Translations under genes and position numbers: made by a program
The notes under the pieces: generated by a model
Told to the model about the DNA's origin: nothing
Databases searched by the model: none
The model's input: the letters and a program-made list of their open reading frames with translations, nothing else
Shown: positions 62,348-64,000 of the stretch, one piece after another
How positions within the stretch are numbered: position 1 is the first letter of the stretch
Layout: every line of letters starts with the position of its first letter
Origin: Oculatellaceae cyanobacterium bins.114
Lineage (GTDB): Bacteria > Cyanobacteriota > Cyanobacteriia > Elainellales > Elainellaceae
Assembly: GCA_033764315.1 (NCBI GenBank)
Contig: JANRJA010000018.1
Coordinates: forward strand, 17,496-81,495
DNA: 64,000 nt
Reading direction: 5' to 3'

Positions 62348-62773
62348 TCAGTTAAATGTGACTGGGGAAGTGAATGTGTTGCCTTGAAAAACGTTTTTAA
62401 TTTCTTCAGCTAATTTGCCATAGTTTTGAACAGTAGCGGGATGAGATTGTTCTAGTCCTTTAGCAAAATCAGTGATTTGTTGAGCTAATTTAGAATTTGC
62501 TTGAACTGCCGTTGCTACTGCTTGAATGGCTTGAAAGATCTCAGGATCGGCCTTTCCAGCTTCCTCTAGTTCCAAAACAGCTTGACCATAATCAATGGTC
62601 TGTTCAGGTTGTTCGATTGCTCCCATTTTAACTAAAGGCTTTTTTCTAATAAGCTGTATCAACTTACTAACTTGAGTGCTGATGGCTTCACCCAAATGTT
62701 CACCTGTTTTCTCAGAGGCTTTAGTGAAGATCAGCGTAGCAATGGCAATTGCTGCAGAGGTGAGGGGTTCCAT
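62348..62773 (-). CDS. small helical protein in frame with the NACHT gene (candidate Bell/HeLo-like effector)
   Basis: MEPLTSAAIAIATLIFTKASEKTGE...QNYGKLAEEIKNVFQGNTFTSPVTFN*; 141 aa. Confidence 0.7.
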   Translation of the reverse strand: MEPLTSAAIAIATLIFTKASEKTGEHLGEAISTQVSKLIQLIRKKPLVKMGAIEQPEQTIDYGQAVLELEEAGKADPEIFQAIQAVATAVQANSKLAQQITDFAKGLEQSHPATVQNYGKLAEEIKNVFQGNTFTSPVTFN

Positions 62774-62864
62774 AGAGAATAGAAGGGCTAGGAATATTGT
62801 TATTCTACCTATGGCTGACAAATTTCTTTTAGGATTGGTGCATTAATTCTAGAAACTTAAAAGC

Positions 62865-63099
62865 ATGATTTTAGAAGTTGCTTTGTTAGACGTTCGCCCC
62901 GAAATGGAGAGTGAGTTTGAACAGGTTTTTGCTCAAGCATCTCCGATCATTGCGGCAACCGAGGGCTACATTTCTCACGAGTTACAACGCTGTATTGAGA
63001 TGGTTAGAGGCGATCGGCTTTGAGCAGGTCGATTGCTGGTACAAAAATTTTCGTTTTGCAGTGTTTGGAGGTCGCCGTCCTCTCAGTACATCCCGTTAA
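62865..63099 (+). pseudogene. chimeric remnant: 5' part of an antibiotic-biosynthesis-monooxygenase (ABM) gene joined out of frame to the 3' end of a methyltransferase-like gene
   Basis: MILEVALLDVRPEMESEFEQVFAQASPIIAATEGYISHELQRCIE, then in another frame LRWLEAIGFEQVDCWYKNFRFAVFGGRR*. Confidence 0.6.
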
Positions 63100-63176
63100 A
63101 TCACTTGTCTAGAAGATGTCTTGAGGATAAGGTACTGAGATACTACGGTCAGGACACCTGGAATCAAGACAGTCGC

Positions 63177-63767
63177 ATGATTCAACAACCCCTTCTAAAA
63201 ACTGAACGGCTCTTATTGCGTCCCTTTGTCATGGAGGATGCACCAGCAGTGCAGCACTTAGCAGGCGATCGCGATATTGCAGCGATGACCCTCTCGATTC
63301 CCCATCCCTATTCACTGTCGTTTGCAGAAGACTGGATTGAGCTACATCCCGACTTGCTAGCCAAAGGAACTGGTGTCAACTACGCCATTGTCTGGGCTGA
63401 AGAGCCGCAATTGTGTGGGGCGCAATTGTGTGGGGCGATCGGGTTAGGGATCGATCCGGTGAAACGCCATGCCGAGTTAGGCTATTGGATTGGCAAACCT
63501 GATTGGGGCAGAGGAATTTGCACAGAAGCGGCTAAAGCCATTCTGAACTATGGTTTTGAGCAACTAGGGCTAGAATGCATCCATTCCACCCACTTTGCCT
63601 GCAATCCGGCATCAGGGCGAGTCATGCAAAAAATTGGTATGCGCTATGAGGCTTATCGTCCTCAATACACCCTTAAGTGGGGCAGGTTTGAAGACATTGT
63701 GCAATACGTCATTACGCGAGAGGACTGGCAAGCAAACCTGACCCAAACCGTGATTGGCGGACTGTGA
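63177..63767 (+). CDS. GNAT (RimJ/RimL-like) acetyltransferase
   Basis: LKTERLLLRPF, AELGYWIG, WGRGICTEAA, NPASGRVMQKIGM. Confidence 0.9.
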   Translation: MIQQPLLKTERLLLRPFVMEDAPAVQHLAGDRDIAAMTLSIPHPYSLSFAEDWIELHPDLLAKGTGVNYAIVWAEEPQLCGAQLCGAIGLGIDPVKRHAELGYWIGKPDWGRGICTEAAKAILNYGFEQLGLECIHSTHFACNPASGRVMQKIGMRYEAYRPQYTLKWGRFEDIVQYVITREDWQANLTQTVIGGL

Positions 63768-63859
63768 TTGCATGTTGATCGATGACACCCCAGGTAACAG
63801 AACAGGCTTCCCGGTTGGATTGCCTTGCTCACAAAACGTGAATTCGGGATAAGGATTTT

Positions 63860-63975
63860 GGCGGTTGAAACCGCAACTACACGAGCAAAACCGACCTGCG
63901 TCGGTTCACTCAACTCTTGATTCTCCGTAGTTCGCGAAGGCGAACTTCGCTCTGATAGCTGCGAATTTATTCGCT
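63860..63975. repeat. REP/SDR-like multi-hairpin dispersed repeat
   Basis: Hairpins GCGGTTGAAACCGC, AACCGACCTGCGTCGGTT, AGTTCGCGAAGGCGAACT and GCGAATTTATTCGC. Confidence 0.6.
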
Positions 63976-64000
63976 AGGCTCTTAAACCGAACTGACGTTA

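Noticed and set aside
1..64000. tRNA, rRNA or prophage genes
   Set aside because: None recognised by eye; a tRNAscan/Infernal run would be needed to exclude them

Overview
Chromosomal segment of a cyanobacterium, probably filamentous and Leptolyngbya/Oculatella-like. The basis is very frequent HIP1 octamers (GCGATCGC) and cyanobacterial gene families (DUF4278, DUF1822, DUF928, CHASE2, Uma2). Positions 1-43 kb are mostly housekeeping and transport genes: amino-acid and sugar ABC systems, lnt, hisG, ribF, surE, pheS, a SNF2-Uma2-SWIM block, an AsfA/AsfB-like sulfonate operon and a sigma/DUF1822/CHAT-CHASE2/DUF928 module. The main accessory feature is an ~10.8 kb integron-type cassette array (43499-54271) with an attI-like site, about 7 attC sites and no integrase in the window. 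Its cargo includes an MNT-HEPN toxin-antitoxin pair, an AAC(3)-I aminoglycoside acetyltransferase and a TetR-regulated module. An IS110 element sits inside one attC. Its upstream non-coding region folds like a bridge RNA, with loops matching both its own ends and the attC target. Near the right end, a small helical ORF and a NACHT gene lie in one frame separated by a single TGA-CTAG stop (possible readthrough), followed by hicBA. All calls come from reading the sequence by eye; no searches were run.
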